Virus record (IMG/VR): IMGVR_UViG_3300036861_000520
Location: 1-62,533 of that record
Source: a virus
Taxonomy: Duplodnaviria > Caudoviricetes
DNA length: 62,533 bases
Direction: 5' to 3' (one strand)
Part shown: positions 25,395-34,979 of the stretch, piece by piece
Position numbering within the stretch: position 1 is the stretch's first letter
How the letters are laid out: each line of letters opens with the position of its first letter
Translations under genes and position numbers: made by a program
The notes under the pieces: model-generated
Told to the model about the DNA's origin: nothing
What the model saw: the letters and a program-made list of their open reading frames with translations, nothing else
The model's database searches: none

Positions 25395-27347
25395 ATGCCA
25401 AACCCAGAACCCGACCTCGGCCAACTGGAACAGGCCGCCGCTCTGCTACTCCCGCCCGGCCAGGTCCTCGAGCTCCGCGTTATTGGGAGCCACCGCGGGA
25501 CCGTCAGCGGCTACTACGACGATCCGGCCGCCCTGGTGCGAGACGCCGCCCTCTGGAGCGGGAAGGCCGGCGGGATCTACGTCACCCCGAACCCGGTCCG
25601 GCCGGACCTGCTCGCCCGCAGTTGTAACCGCGCCACAGAATTCGCCCGGCATACCACCAAGGCGGATGACATCCTCGCCCGCCGCTGGCTCCTGATCGAC
25701 TTCGACGCGAAACGCCCGGCGGGTATCTCGGCCAGTGAAGCGGAACACCGCGCCGCCCTGACCCGGGCCGCGGAATGTGCGACCTGGCTGATCGAGCGGC
25801 AGTGGCCTCCGGTGCTCTACGCGGACAGCGGGAACGGAGCGCACCTGCTCGCCCGTGTGGATCTGCCCAACGACCCGGAAACGCACAGCCTCTTCGAGCG
25901 CTGCCTGAACGCGCTCGCGGCCCAGTGGGATACGCCGGAAGTGTCGGTCGATCCGACCACGAAGGACGCCTCGCGAGTGTGGAAATTCTACGGGACAGCG
26001 GTTTGCAAGGGCGACAGCATCCCAACCCGGCCGCACCGGATCGCCCGCATCCTGCAAGCCGAGGGACTGGCCCCGGTGCCGCGGGCGCTATTGGAAGATC
26101 TCGCCGCACTGGTTCCAGTCGCTGCCGTCCGCACTGTTGGGAATGGCGCTTCCAATAGTAAAGCGCCGCTGGCGACTGGCTCTCGCGGCGATTATTCCTC
26201 GTTGGATGCTGTGGCCTGGTTCGGCGCCCACGGAGCTTACGGCAGGCCGCTGGCTAACGGCGCGCATGCAGTGCTGTGCCCCTGGGCCGGCGAGCATTCC
26301 GACCATCGACCCGCCGAGGACTCGGATACCGTCGTCTGGCCGGCGCAGGGTGAGGTCTGGCCGACCTTCCACTGCTCGCACGCCCATTGCGCGCAGAGGA
26401 CCCTGAAGGACGTTCTAGCCTTCTGGGGAGACGCCGACCGGTTCTGCTCCCTTTCGTTCACCAGTGCCCCGCGTTGGCCCGTGTCGGCGTCCCCTGCGGT
26501 ATTTCAGGACACTGCCCCGGTTAGCGGACGGATCGAAGAGCAGAGCCGACAGCACGCTCTGTTGACGCAGGCTGGTGCGCTGCGCCGAACCGGCCTGGAG
26601 CCGGCCGCGATTGAAGCCGCCCTCCAGGTGGTCAACGCGGAACGCTGCGAGCCGCCGCTACCCGTCGATGCCGTGGCAGAGATAGCTGCCCAGGTTGGCC
26701 GCTACGAACCGGCCGAGGCCCAGGACTGGCGGGTCGGCGCCGCTGGGGTCGCGACGTTCACCGGATTAGACCCGCTCATTCGGATCGGATCGACACCGCC
26801 ACGCTATAAGGCCACAGTGCGCGGCAGAGTGATCGAACTCTCTGGGAAGGAGATGGCCGAATGGCGGCTGTTCAAATTCCGATGCATCACCGAAATGGGC
26901 TGCGTGCTGGAGTTGCCTTCAAATCCGATACAGGAGAAGGTCCCGCTACAAATCCGTTGGGAGCGTGAGTTCATCGGGCCTGCGTTGGAGCGAATGAACC
27001 GCTTGGGGCAGTTCGAGGAAGCCCCGGAAGACGCCGGAGAACCAGGCGCAGCCTGGCAGAGTATCCTGCGCTGGTTTGAGAACATCAAGCCGGATGCGAC
27101 CATTGAGGACGTTGCGGCTGGCAGGGCTGCCAGGATCGATGACCACTACGTGTTCAAGGGAGAGTCGCTCCGGCACTGGATGCAGGCTAACCGGGTGGAC
27201 AAGCTCCCACCCGATCAAATCTGGCACGTCGTCAGAGCCCACGGCGGGAAACCGCAAACCCACCGGATAGGGCGAGGCACCGTCTTTGCCTGGCGGGTGC
27301 CGGTGCCCGGAACCGGTGCTGATTGTGTGGTGAGTGTGCCGGAATAA
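25395..27347 (+). CDS. AEP-type primase-polymerase with zinc finger and PriCT-1-like domain
   Basis: LIDFD, DSGNGAH, CPW..EH...FHCSHAHC, AGALRR...VNAERCEPPLP; no Walker A seen. Confidence 0.8.
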   Translation: MPNPEPDLGQLEQAAALLLPPGQVLELRVIGSHRGTVSGYYDDPAALVRDAALWSGKAGGIYVTPNPVRPDLLARSCNRATEFARHTTKADDILARRWLLIDFDAKRPAGISASEAEHRAALTRAAECATWLIERQWPPVLYADSGNGAHLLARVDLPNDPETHSLFERCLNALAAQWDTPEVSVDPTTKDASRVWKFYGTAVCKGDSIPTRPHRIARILQAEGLAPVPRALLEDLAALVPVAAVRTVGNGASNSKAPLATGSRGDYSSLDAVAWFGAHGAYGRPLANGAHAVLCPWAGEHSDHRPAEDSDTVVWPAQGEVWPTFHCSHAHCAQRTLKDVLAFWGDADRFCSLSFTSAPRWPVSASPAVFQDTAPVSGRIEEQSRQHALLTQAGALRRTGLEPAAIEAALQVVNAERCEPPLPVDAVAEIAAQVGRYEPAEAQDWRVGAAGVATFTGLDPLIRIGSTPPRYKATVRGRVIELSGKEMAEWRLFKFRCITEMGCVLELPSNPIQEKVPLQIRWEREFIGPALERMNRLGQFEEAPEDAGEPGAAWQSILRWFENIKPDATIEDVAAGRAARIDDHYVFKGESLRHWMQANRVDKLPPDQIWHVVRAHGGKPQTHRIGRGTVFAWRVPVPGTGADCVVSVPE

Positions 27348-27517
27348 TGGTGTATTACACACAACTATTAGCCACGAAAATGGCCATGTGTGGCCGTGTG
27401 GTCAAATCTCCCCGCGCGCGAATGCGCGAGCCACACAACCACACAACCACACATCAGGGGATTTTAGGCACGAAATCCGGTGTGGTGTTGTACGGCACAC
27501 GCCGACGGAGACCACAC
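27321..27517. repeat. Iteron-like GTGTGG/CCACAC cluster, candidate replication origin
   Basis: GTGTGG at 27325, 27388, 27396, 27480; CCACAC at 27431, 27439, 27447, 27512; locally AT-richer. Confidence 0.6.
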
Positions 27518-27751
27518 ATGCGGATCATAGATGAGGGCAGCCCGGAGTGGGCTGCCCGTCAGGAAGAGATGGCCAATACCTGGCTCTGGATAGAAGGATC
27601 GAAGGTCTATCATCACTGCATAGCTAATTGCGCGCCCGGTTGGGGCATTCCTTCTTTCCACGGAAAATCTGGAACAGAGGAAGAGGCCCAAGCCGACGGT
27701 CGGCGGTTGTGCCGCTACTGTGCTCGTTACCAGAGGAGAAAGAATGCCTGA
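27518..27751 (+). CDS. Small metal-binding protein
   Basis: SKVYH..C...GRRLCRYC pattern. Confidence 0.55.
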   Translation: MRIIDEGSPEWAARQEEMANTWLWIEGSKVYHHCIANCAPGWGIPSFHGKSGTEEEAQADGRRLCRYCARYQRRKNA

Positions 27752-29444
27752 TTCGATCCGCTGTTACGGCCCTCCGGGGACTGGGAAGACCTACCGTGGG
27801 ACGACCTACCTGAACTCACTGGCCGTGGCCGGTGCCGATCCGGCTGGGATGGCCTTCTCCTCGTTCACCAACGCGGCCTGTGATGAGGCGCGGTCCCGCC
27901 TCTGCAAGACGCTCGGCCTCTACGACTACGAGGTGCCCTACTGCGGCACCATCCACTCGCTCGCAAAACGCGCCCTGGGCATCGGGACGGACGGCCGCGA
28001 CTGGCTCGCCGCCGGGAAGAAACTCAAGGAGTTCGGCGACAGCTACGACTACGACCTGATGCCGGCGAAGAAAGCCGCGGCCGAGGATATGGACGAGATC
28101 CAGAAGCAGGGCGGGCAAGACGCCATCCTCGCCACGATCTGGGAAGTGGGCCGGAACCGGCTCAAGACCACCGCAGCCGGCGCCTGGGACGCGTTCGATG
28201 CTTACGACCCCGACACGCTCCAAAGAGTCGAGCGTCCGCGGTTCCTGCAGTTTGTCGAGGAATACGAGGAGTGGAAGCACGTGGCCGGCGGATACAACCG
28301 CCTCTACGACTTCACCGACCTGCTCCAGGCCGTGCTGGACGCCCCGGAGCGAGCCGCCCTGCCAGTATCCTGTGCGGTGATCGATGAAGCGCAGGATATG
28401 ACCCCGCTCCTCTGGCGCGCCGCGGACATCCTCTTCGACTACGCGGAACACCGGGCGTGCCTGGGCGACGACGATCAAGCCATCTTCGGGTACCAGGGCG
28501 CGTCCCCGGAGCTCTTCAACAGCCGGGCGGCGGAACGCGTGGTCCTGCTCCACCAGTCCCGGCGCCTGCCCCGCGCCGTCCTGGAGCTCGCGCAACGAGT
28601 GATCCAGCAGAACCGTGACCGTGTGGCAAAGGACTTCCGTCCCGTCACCCTGGATATCGTGCGCGAGCGGCACCCAGACGACGCCACGTTCTGCCCGAAG
28701 CGCGAGTTGGACGGACACGTGGGACGGGTCCGCGGCTTGCGCGAATTGGACCTGTTGAACGGCGAAAGCTGGTTTGTGCTCGTCCGGAATTGGGCACACG
28801 TCCCGGCGATGGTCAACGAACTGGAGACGGCTGGCATCCCCTACGCCGTGGGCGGCGGGCAGTATTACTCTCCCTGGGCCGAGAAGGGCCCCTTACGAGC
28901 CGTCAGGACGCTTTACGCCCTCTCGGACGGTGATCAGGTCACCCTGTCCGCGTTAGGCGCCCTGATGGACCGCAGCAGCACCGCCACGAAGGACCGCCCC
29001 GGGGCGTGGGCTTACGGGCAGAAGGTGCGGATCCAGGAACGGATCGACACCACTCCCGACGAGAAAGTCGGACTGGCCGATCTACCCCACCTCGGGTTGA
29101 CGGAATGGGGATTCGACCGCATCGTAACCCGCGATCTGGAGATCTTGCGCGGCGGGATCAGCGACCGCGACCTGACCGCCTACAGCGCCGCCCAGGACCG
29201 CGGAACCTGGATGCAGGAGCCCCGCGTCCTGGTATCCACCATCCACGGCGTGAAGGGGCAGGAAGCGGACAACGTAGCGGCCCTGATGACCTGCACCGGG
29301 GCACCGCAGAAGAACCTCAACCGGCCCGACCGCCGCGAAGAGGAGATCCGGCTGGCTTACGTAGCAATCACCCGCGCCAGGAAAGCGTTCTATGGCGTGG
29401 AAGGGATGGGTCAGGGATACCCCTACGAGATCTTCGGAGTGTAA
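27744..29444 (+). CDS. UvrD/Rep (SF1) DNA helicase
   Basis: GPPGTGKT, TIHS, IDEAQD, GDDDQAIF, QSRR, STIHGVKGQE, YVAITRAR. Confidence 0.92.
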   Translation: MPDSIRCYGPPGTGKTYRGTTYLNSLAVAGADPAGMAFSSFTNAACDEARSRLCKTLGLYDYEVPYCGTIHSLAKRALGIGTDGRDWLAAGKKLKEFGDSYDYDLMPAKKAAAEDMDEIQKQGGQDAILATIWEVGRNRLKTTAAGAWDAFDAYDPDTLQRVERPRFLQFVEEYEEWKHVAGGYNRLYDFTDLLQAVLDAPERAALPVSCAVIDEAQDMTPLLWRAADILFDYAEHRACLGDDDQAIFGYQGASPELFNSRAAERVVLLHQSRRLPRAVLELAQRVIQQNRDRVAKDFRPVTLDIVRERHPDDATFCPKRELDGHVGRVRGLRELDLLNGESWFVLVRNWAHVPAMVNELETAGIPYAVGGGQYYSPWAEKGPLRAVRTLYALSDGDQVTLSALGALMDRSSTATKDRPGAWAYGQKVRIQERIDTTPDEKVGLADLPHLGLTEWGFDRIVTRDLEILRGGISDRDLTAYSAAQDRGTWMQEPRVLVSTIHGVKGQEADNVAALMTCTGAPQKNLNRPDRREEEIRLAYVAITRARKAFYGVEGMGQGYPYEIFGV

Positions 29445-29449
29445 AGAGG

Positions 29450-29837
29450 ATGAAGAAAAATGCCCCGTACGTCGCCTCGTTCGACCCGGCGGAAAGGCTG
29501 CGCCAACTGGCCGACGCAGCAGCCGACGACACCGATCACGCCCGTCTCCAACGCCTGCTCAGTGGAAGCCGCGCGCCTGGACCTGATCACGAACCCGCCG
29601 AGCGACTGGCACGAGCAGCGGATTCGGTGGGTGTGTCAGGCAGCGGGTTGGACAGGCCAGCAGATGCAGGAGCGGTATCTGGCGCTGAACCACGATGCTC
29701 TGACCCTGGAATCGCTGGTGAAGTCCCCTCCGCCGGACTGGGACGGCGAGACCTACCGGACGATGTATCGCCGGCTCCAGGGCTGGAAAGGCCAACTTTC
29801 GGCCCTCGACTGGCTGATGCGCGGCAGGCGCTGGTGA
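29450..29837 (+). pseudogene. Hypothetical gene with an apparent +1 frame change near 29561
   Basis: MKKNAPYV...HARLQRLL in one frame continues most naturally as VEAARLDLITNPP in the +1 frame. Confidence 0.4.
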
Positions 29838-30070
29838 ACTGGCTGGCGCTCTGGGACGTGGTGAAGGTGCGGACCGCCTGGATCGAGTCACACGACACGC
29901 ATCCCGAATGGGAACGCCGGGTGATCGCAACCGGTCAGGCCGTCCTGAAGTGGGGGGATGCCGGCGACGATCTGGCAGCACTGCTGAACCGTGAACCGGG
30001 CAACCTCGTGCGGGAACTCTTGAGCGCTGAAGCGCTCGGGGATGACTTGGCAGAAGCGCTTGGCATTTGA
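29834..30070 (+). CDS. Hypothetical protein
   Basis: GTGA-coupled (VNWLALWD). Confidence 0.55.
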   Translation: MNWLALWDVVKVRTAWIESHDTHPEWERRVIATGQAVLKWGDAGDDLAALLNREPGNLVRELLSAEALGDDLAEALGI

Positions 30071-30139
30071 AGCGCCGCGGCATGCCCGTGCCTTCAACTC
30101 ACGTTGACGCCTACTGCAATACGTGATAATACATTGACT

Positions 30140-30343
30140 ATGAAAGAGAGACAGCCAACCCAGCGCCGCGCCGCCTTCACAACGATGCTCTCGGACGACG
30201 AGCGCGCGATTGTGAGCCGGTTCGCCGATCTCTGGGACTGCAGCGAGGGAGCGGCCGTCCGCAGGCTGATCAGGAACGCGCACCGCCTGAACGCCGGGGT
30301 GCTGCTCGGCAATGCGCCGGTGGCGGAAGAGGCAGCCAAGTGA
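30140..30343 (+). CDS. Ribbon-helix-helix-like regulator
   Basis: AFTTMLSDDERAIV...SEGAAVRRLI; AT-rich promoter-like region immediately upstream. Confidence 0.6.
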   Translation: MKERQPTQRRAAFTTMLSDDERAIVSRFADLWDCSEGAAVRRLIRNAHRLNAGVLLGNAPVAEEAAK

Positions 30344-30555
30344 CCGCCGATCTGGAGCTATTCCTACGGACGCCGCCGCTGCCAGATCCACGGCCCCCGG
30401 TGGCCCGGCTCACGAGCGCGGAGGTGCTGGCCGAGTGGGCAAGCCTCACCGGGAGTTACCGCCGTCTGCCACCTGTTGACCGCGCACGGTATGACGCCCT
30501 CGGCGCGCGGCTGGATGCGATCCTGGGACGTGGGAAGCGGAGGGCGAGGGGATGA
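30340..30555 (+). CDS. Hypothetical protein
   Basis: Coupled ORF. Confidence 0.55.
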   Translation: MTADLELFLRTPPLPDPRPPVARLTSAEVLAEWASLTGSYRRLPPVDRARYDALGARLDAILGRGKRRARG

Positions 30556-30746
30556 GGCCACCCGGCGGTTGTATCTGCAGGCACCCGAACGCGAGGGAGT
30601 GCTACGCCCTGCGGCACCCTCCCGTTCCATTCGACGATTACGCAGACGATGATTGGCCGGAGGGAGAGGTCTGCGAGTGCTCCTGCCACGACCTCGACCA
30701 GGACGGATACGACGGCTGGGGCGACCGCCACGAGGACGACCTATGA
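30552..30746 (+). CDS. Cys/Asp-rich microprotein
   Basis: CIC...C...CECSCH. Confidence 0.55.
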   Translation: MRPPGGCICRHPNARECYALRHPPVPFDDYADDDWPEGEVCECSCHDLDQDGYDGWGDRHEDDL

Positions 30747-31084
30747 ACGCGCTCTTCGATGACGGACCAGCGCTGCCAGAGCAGGCGGCACTCCCGCCGA
30801 TCCAGGGCACCCAGAATCAGATCCCGTGGGCCGAGCAGGTGCGGAAAGGGAAGCTCGCGTCCTGCCGAAAGGCGCTACGGGAGCTGCGGGCCTACGCGCA
30901 GCGGTTCAAAGACCGGGGACAGGCAGAGCAGGCCGAGCGCCACTGGAGCCGCCTGCGTGGCTGGATTGACCGGATGGAACTGCTGGAGCGGGAGGCGTCC
31001 GCGCGCTTCTGGTTGGATCACAGATCCAATGAGGCCGCAGAGTTATTGTCGAATGAGCCCGCCAATCCGGGCGGGAGTTGGTGA
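30743..31084 (+). CDS. Hypothetical protein
   Basis: LPPIQGTQNQIPWAEQVR...SARFWLDHR. Confidence 0.65.
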   Translation: MNALFDDGPALPEQAALPPIQGTQNQIPWAEQVRKGKLASCRKALRELRAYAQRFKDRGQAEQAERHWSRLRGWIDRMELLEREASARFWLDHRSNEAAELLSNEPANPGGSW

Positions 31085-31230
31085 AGGACCGGGACGGGGA
31101 GCCGCGAGGAGTGCGGGTGCTGATTGAGCCCGCAGGAATGCCCACGAAGTCAGTGGGTGCCGGACGCAGAGGGGCGGCGATGCGGGGCCGAGGCAACCCC
31201 CGCGATTTGAGGACCACGAGAGGAGACACG

Positions 31231-31821
31231 ATGGCTACCACCTTCAGAACTGACGAGCCACTGACCGCACTCGGCCGCGAGTTGACCAGCCTCTACCATT
31301 CCCACCTGACGAACTACGGCGTGCGGGTTGACTTCCTGATGCGCTCGGACACGCCGAAGGTCGGCGGCAAAGAGAAGTGGGGCGAGGCGGTCAAGGTCAC
31401 CGGACGCAACGCCTTCCTGGCGACCGACATGGATCTGCAGGAATGCGCCGCCTTCTTCTGCGTGGTGATCAGTGAGCCGATCTGGGACGACCTGTCCGGG
31501 TACCAGCGCCGCGCCCTGGTCGATCACGAGCTGGCGCACTGCTGGTGTGAAGAGAACGACGACGGGGAAGTGAAGCTCTCCATCCTCCCCCACGATCTGG
31601 AGGAGTTCCGCGCCATCGTAGACCGATACGGCCTCTGGCGCGAGGATGTGCGGCACATGGCCGAGAGCTTCCGGCCGCACTGTGGGCAGCTCGCCCTGCG
31701 GCTCGAGGACGGCGGGCAGCCGCAACCTGCCAGGAGCCACAGCCGCGAGCTCACCGAGGCTGTGCGGGACCTCACGTCCGAGTCTCGTGATCGGATCAAC
31801 CGAAAGCTGGCAGCAGGATGA
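31231..31821 (+). CDS. Putative phage metallopeptidase
   Basis: ALVDHELAHC (HExxH), PHDLEEF..IV.RYG. Confidence 0.8.
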   Translation: MATTFRTDEPLTALGRELTSLYHSHLTNYGVRVDFLMRSDTPKVGGKEKWGEAVKVTGRNAFLATDMDLQECAAFFCVVISEPIWDDLSGYQRRALVDHELAHCWCEENDDGEVKLSILPHDLEEFRAIVDRYGLWREDVRHMAESFRPHCGQLALRLEDGGQPQPARSHSRELTEAVRDLTSESRDRINRKLAAG

Positions 31822-32117
31822 CCGTCGCAGAGATCGAGATAGCGGCGAAAGCGGCCGAGGTGTTCCCGCCAGAACACGGCACCGAGTGGATAGTTGACGG
31901 CTACCCCTGACCGGCCGCTGCGGTGTGGTCACACCGGACCGGTAAACCAGCGGGATTGCTTCAGTCTGAAGCCTGGCCAGAGGATGAAGTCGAGGCCGGC
32001 GCGGTGCTGAATGAGATCGCTTCGGAGTTCGCTGGCGGCAGAGAGGCTTACCTGGAGTGCCTGAACGAGACCCCTGGCAAAGTCGCCCGCATCCTGCGCG
32101 AGGTGACGCCAGGATGA
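31818..32117 (+). pseudogene. 99-codon gene interrupted by an in-frame TGA at 31908-31910 (nonsense mutation or recoding)
   Basis: MTVAEIE...VDGYP*PAAAVWSHRTG...EVTPG*; ATGA-coupled at both ends. Confidence 0.6.
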
Positions 32118-32647
32118 CCGCCGCCCTCGTGGAAGCCCCCTGCCAGGTGCCGGTGGAGGTCCGGCTGGCAGCGAAAGCCTGGAGCGAGCCTGCCCCGCTC
32201 GCCGTGCTGTTCGTCCCCTTCGATCCATCGCGTCTCTCCGCGAACCGGATGAAAGGCCAGCACTGGGCGAACCGCGCCCGGCGGCAGGCGCTGGATGACG
32301 CGGCGCTGGCCGCCAGGTGGGCTTACCGCGAGGCCGGCGACCCGGTGCTGGACGTGCCGATCAGCGTCGATCTGATCTTCTGCCGCGGCCGGAAGATGGA
32401 CGATGACAACGCCGTGGCGGGGTTCAAACACGTGCGGGACGTGCTCTGCACCAAGGCGCTCGTTCCGGACGATTCCGCGCGGTGGGTGAGCTACGGTGCA
32501 ACCCGCTGGGTGACCGGCGACCGCTGGGAGCGGCATCCGTGGGTGGTGTGGATCTGCCGGAGTCGGGAGCCGGTGAAGGAACTTCCGCAGTTCGTGGCGA
32601 ACAATGAATCGACCCCGGCGAGCGCGTCAACGCCAACCGGGGCCTGA
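32114..32647 (+). CDS. RusA-like Holliday junction resolvase
   Basis: SANR...HW, MDDDNAVAGFKHVRD, VPDDS. Confidence 0.7.
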   Translation: MTAALVEAPCQVPVEVRLAAKAWSEPAPLAVLFVPFDPSRLSANRMKGQHWANRARRQALDDAALAARWAYREAGDPVLDVPISVDLIFCRGRKMDDDNAVAGFKHVRDVLCTKALVPDDSARWVSYGATRWVTGDRWERHPWVVWICRSREPVKELPQFVANNESTPASASTPTGA

Positions 32648-32672
32648 CCCTGCCCGCTTACCAAGAGCGAGA

Positions 32673-34085
32673 ATGGCTAACCCGGTTTTACCACCAACCG
32701 ACTATGATCGGTTCATCGAGTCCAAACGACTCGCCGCCGTCAAATCCGGGTTCGAGGTAGCCCCGGAGTCGATTAGCCTCCTACTCTTTCCGTGGCAGAG
32801 TGCAATCGTCCGGTGGGCATTGCGCCTCGGCCGCGCAGGGATCTTTGCGGACTGCGGGCTCGGCAAGACCCCGATGCAGCTTGAGTGGGCGCGACACGTC
32901 AGCGCCCAGACAGAGTCCCCAGTCCTGATCCTCGCCCCGCTCGCCGTCGCCGCGCAGACCCACCGCGAAGGCGTGAAGTTCGGCATCCCGGTAAGCGTCT
33001 GCCGTTCCCAGGAAGACGTCACTCCCGGCGTAAACGTGGCCAATTACGAGATGCTCCACCACTTCGACGCGACGCGGTTCGGTGGTGTGGTCCTTGATGA
33101 GTCGTCAATCCTCAAGAATTACATGGGCAAGACGAAGCAGGAGATCGAGGAGACCTTCCGACTGACCCGCTATAAGCTGTGCTGCACTGCCACTCCGGCA
33201 CCGAACGATCACCTGGAGCTCGGGAACCACGCGCAGTTTCTCGGCGTGATGCCCTCGAACGAGATGATCAGTCGCTGGTTCGTCAACGACTCGATGAAGG
33301 CCGGTGGATACCGCTTGAAAGGACACGCCGCATCCGACTACTGGCGCTGGGTCTCGTCCTGGGCCGTGTCCCTGTCCTCGCCGGCTGATCTGGGTTATGA
33401 GGCAGGGGACTTCGTTCTCCCGGCGCTGAACATCCGTCAACATCTAGTGGACGCCGGCCTACCTCCAGGGATGCAGGACCAGCTCTTTGGAGACGCCACC
33501 CTGTCGGCAACCACGATGCACCGCGAGATGCGGCGGACCGTCACGGAACGCGCAGAGAAGGTGCGCGCACTCGTGGCGGATACCCCAGGGCCGTGGGTCC
33601 TCTGGTGCAATACGAACTACGAAGCCGACGCCCTGCGGGTCGTCATCCCGGAAGCCATCGAAGTCCGCGGCAGTGACACTCTGGCCGAGAAAGAGACGCG
33701 AGTCGAGCGGTTCAGCCAGGGGGAAGAGCGGATCCTGATCAGTAAAGCAAGCATCTGCGGCTTCGGGATGAACTGGCAGCACTGCCACAATATGGCCTTC
33801 GTAGGCTTGTCCTACTCCTACGAGCAACTGTACCAGGCAATCCGCCGTTCGTGGCGGTTTGGGCAGAAGTGCCCGGTTAACGCGCACGTCGTGCTTGCGG
33901 AGACCGAGGGGGCCGTGCTGGCTGCCATCGTCAAGAAGCAGGAAGCGCACGAGGAGATGAAGCGGGCGATGGTGGCGGCGATGCGAGAGACCCAACTCGA
34001 CGGTGCGGCCCGACTCTCGCTTTCCAGGTATGAGACGAAGCAGGAGACCCACTTGCCCGCGTGGCTCACAGGAGGTGCCCGATGA
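32673..34085 (+). CDS. SNF2-like SF2 helicase
   Basis: DCGLGKT, LDESS, TATPAPND, QAIRRSWRFGQ. Confidence 0.88.
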   Translation: MANPVLPPTDYDRFIESKRLAAVKSGFEVAPESISLLLFPWQSAIVRWALRLGRAGIFADCGLGKTPMQLEWARHVSAQTESPVLILAPLAVAAQTHREGVKFGIPVSVCRSQEDVTPGVNVANYEMLHHFDATRFGGVVLDESSILKNYMGKTKQEIEETFRLTRYKLCCTATPAPNDHLELGNHAQFLGVMPSNEMISRWFVNDSMKAGGYRLKGHAASDYWRWVSSWAVSLSSPADLGYEAGDFVLPALNIRQHLVDAGLPPGMQDQLFGDATLSATTMHREMRRTVTERAEKVRALVADTPGPWVLWCNTNYEADALRVVIPEAIEVRGSDTLAEKETRVERFSQGEERILISKASICGFGMNWQHCHNMAFVGLSYSYEQLYQAIRRSWRFGQKCPVNAHVVLAETEGAVLAAIVKKQEAHEEMKRAMVAAMRETQLDGAARLSLSRYETKQETHLPAWLTGGAR

Positions 34086-34978
34086 TGAACGGAGTAATCG
34101 ATCAGCACGTTACGGACCGCTGCGCCCTCTATCAGGGCGACTGCTGCCAGGTGATGCGGGACCTGCCCGACGAGAGTATCTCGCTGTCCGTCTACTCGCC
34201 GCCCTTCTCCAATCTCTACATCTACTCGGACTCCGAGGCGGATATGGGGAATGCGGCGAGCCACGAGGAGTTCTTCGAGCATTACCGGTTTATGCTCCGT
34301 GAGCTCTACCGCTGCACCTATCCGGGCCGGTTGACGGCCGTGCACTGCAAAGACCTTCCACTCTATAAAGGACGCGACGGGGCCGCCGGACTGTATGACT
34401 TCCCAGGTGACATCCGACTGGCTCACGAGGCCTGTGGATGGACGTTCCACAGCCGCGTGACGATCTGGAAGTGCCCGGTGATCGAGATGCAGCGCACGAA
34501 GAATCACGGCCTGCTTTACAAGAACCTGCGGAAGGACTCCTGCGGCTCGCGGCAGGGTATGGCCGATTACCTGATGGTCTTCAGGAAGTGGGATGATCAG
34601 AGCCGGTGGCGTCCAGTGCCACACGAGAAGTCGGAATTTCCGCTGGAGCAGTGGCAGGACTGGGCTAGTCCGGTGTGGATGGACATCCAACAGCCCCGCG
34701 TCCTCAATTACCAGATCGCCCGAGAAGACGGGGACGAGAAGCACATCTGTCCGCTCCAGCTTGACGTGATCGAGCGCCCCGTGACCCTCTGGAGTAACCC
34801 AGGCGAAGTCGTGTTCAGCCCCTTCGCCGGGATCGGCAGTGAACTCTACGTGGCCCTTCAACTCGGTCGTCGTGTGGTTGGGGTAGAGTTGAAGCGTGCC
34901 TACTGGCAGATCGCGGTGCGGAACCTGGAGTCAGTGGAGTTCAGCACGTCTCAGCCATCGCTCTTCGCGGGAGTATGA
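34082..34978 (+). CDS. Amino (N4C/N6A) DNA methyltransferase, beta class
   Basis: SPPF catalytic motif precedes SPFAGIGSE SAM-binding motif. Confidence 0.88.
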   Translation: MMNGVIDQHVTDRCALYQGDCCQVMRDLPDESISLSVYSPPFSNLYIYSDSEADMGNAASHEEFFEHYRFMLRELYRCTYPGRLTAVHCKDLPLYKGRDGAAGLYDFPGDIRLAHEACGWTFHSRVTIWKCPVIEMQRTKNHGLLYKNLRKDSCGSRQGMADYLMVFRKWDDQSRWRPVPHEKSEFPLEQWQDWASPVWMDIQQPRVLNYQIAREDGDEKHICPLQLDVIERPVTLWSNPGEVVFSPFAGIGSELYVALQLGRRVVGVELKRAYWQIAVRNLESVEFSTSQPSLFAGV

Positions 34979-34979
34979 G

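Noticed and set aside
27321-27517. CRISPR mini-array
   Set aside because: Repeats are only 6-8 nt with no unique spacers of regular length; no cas genes
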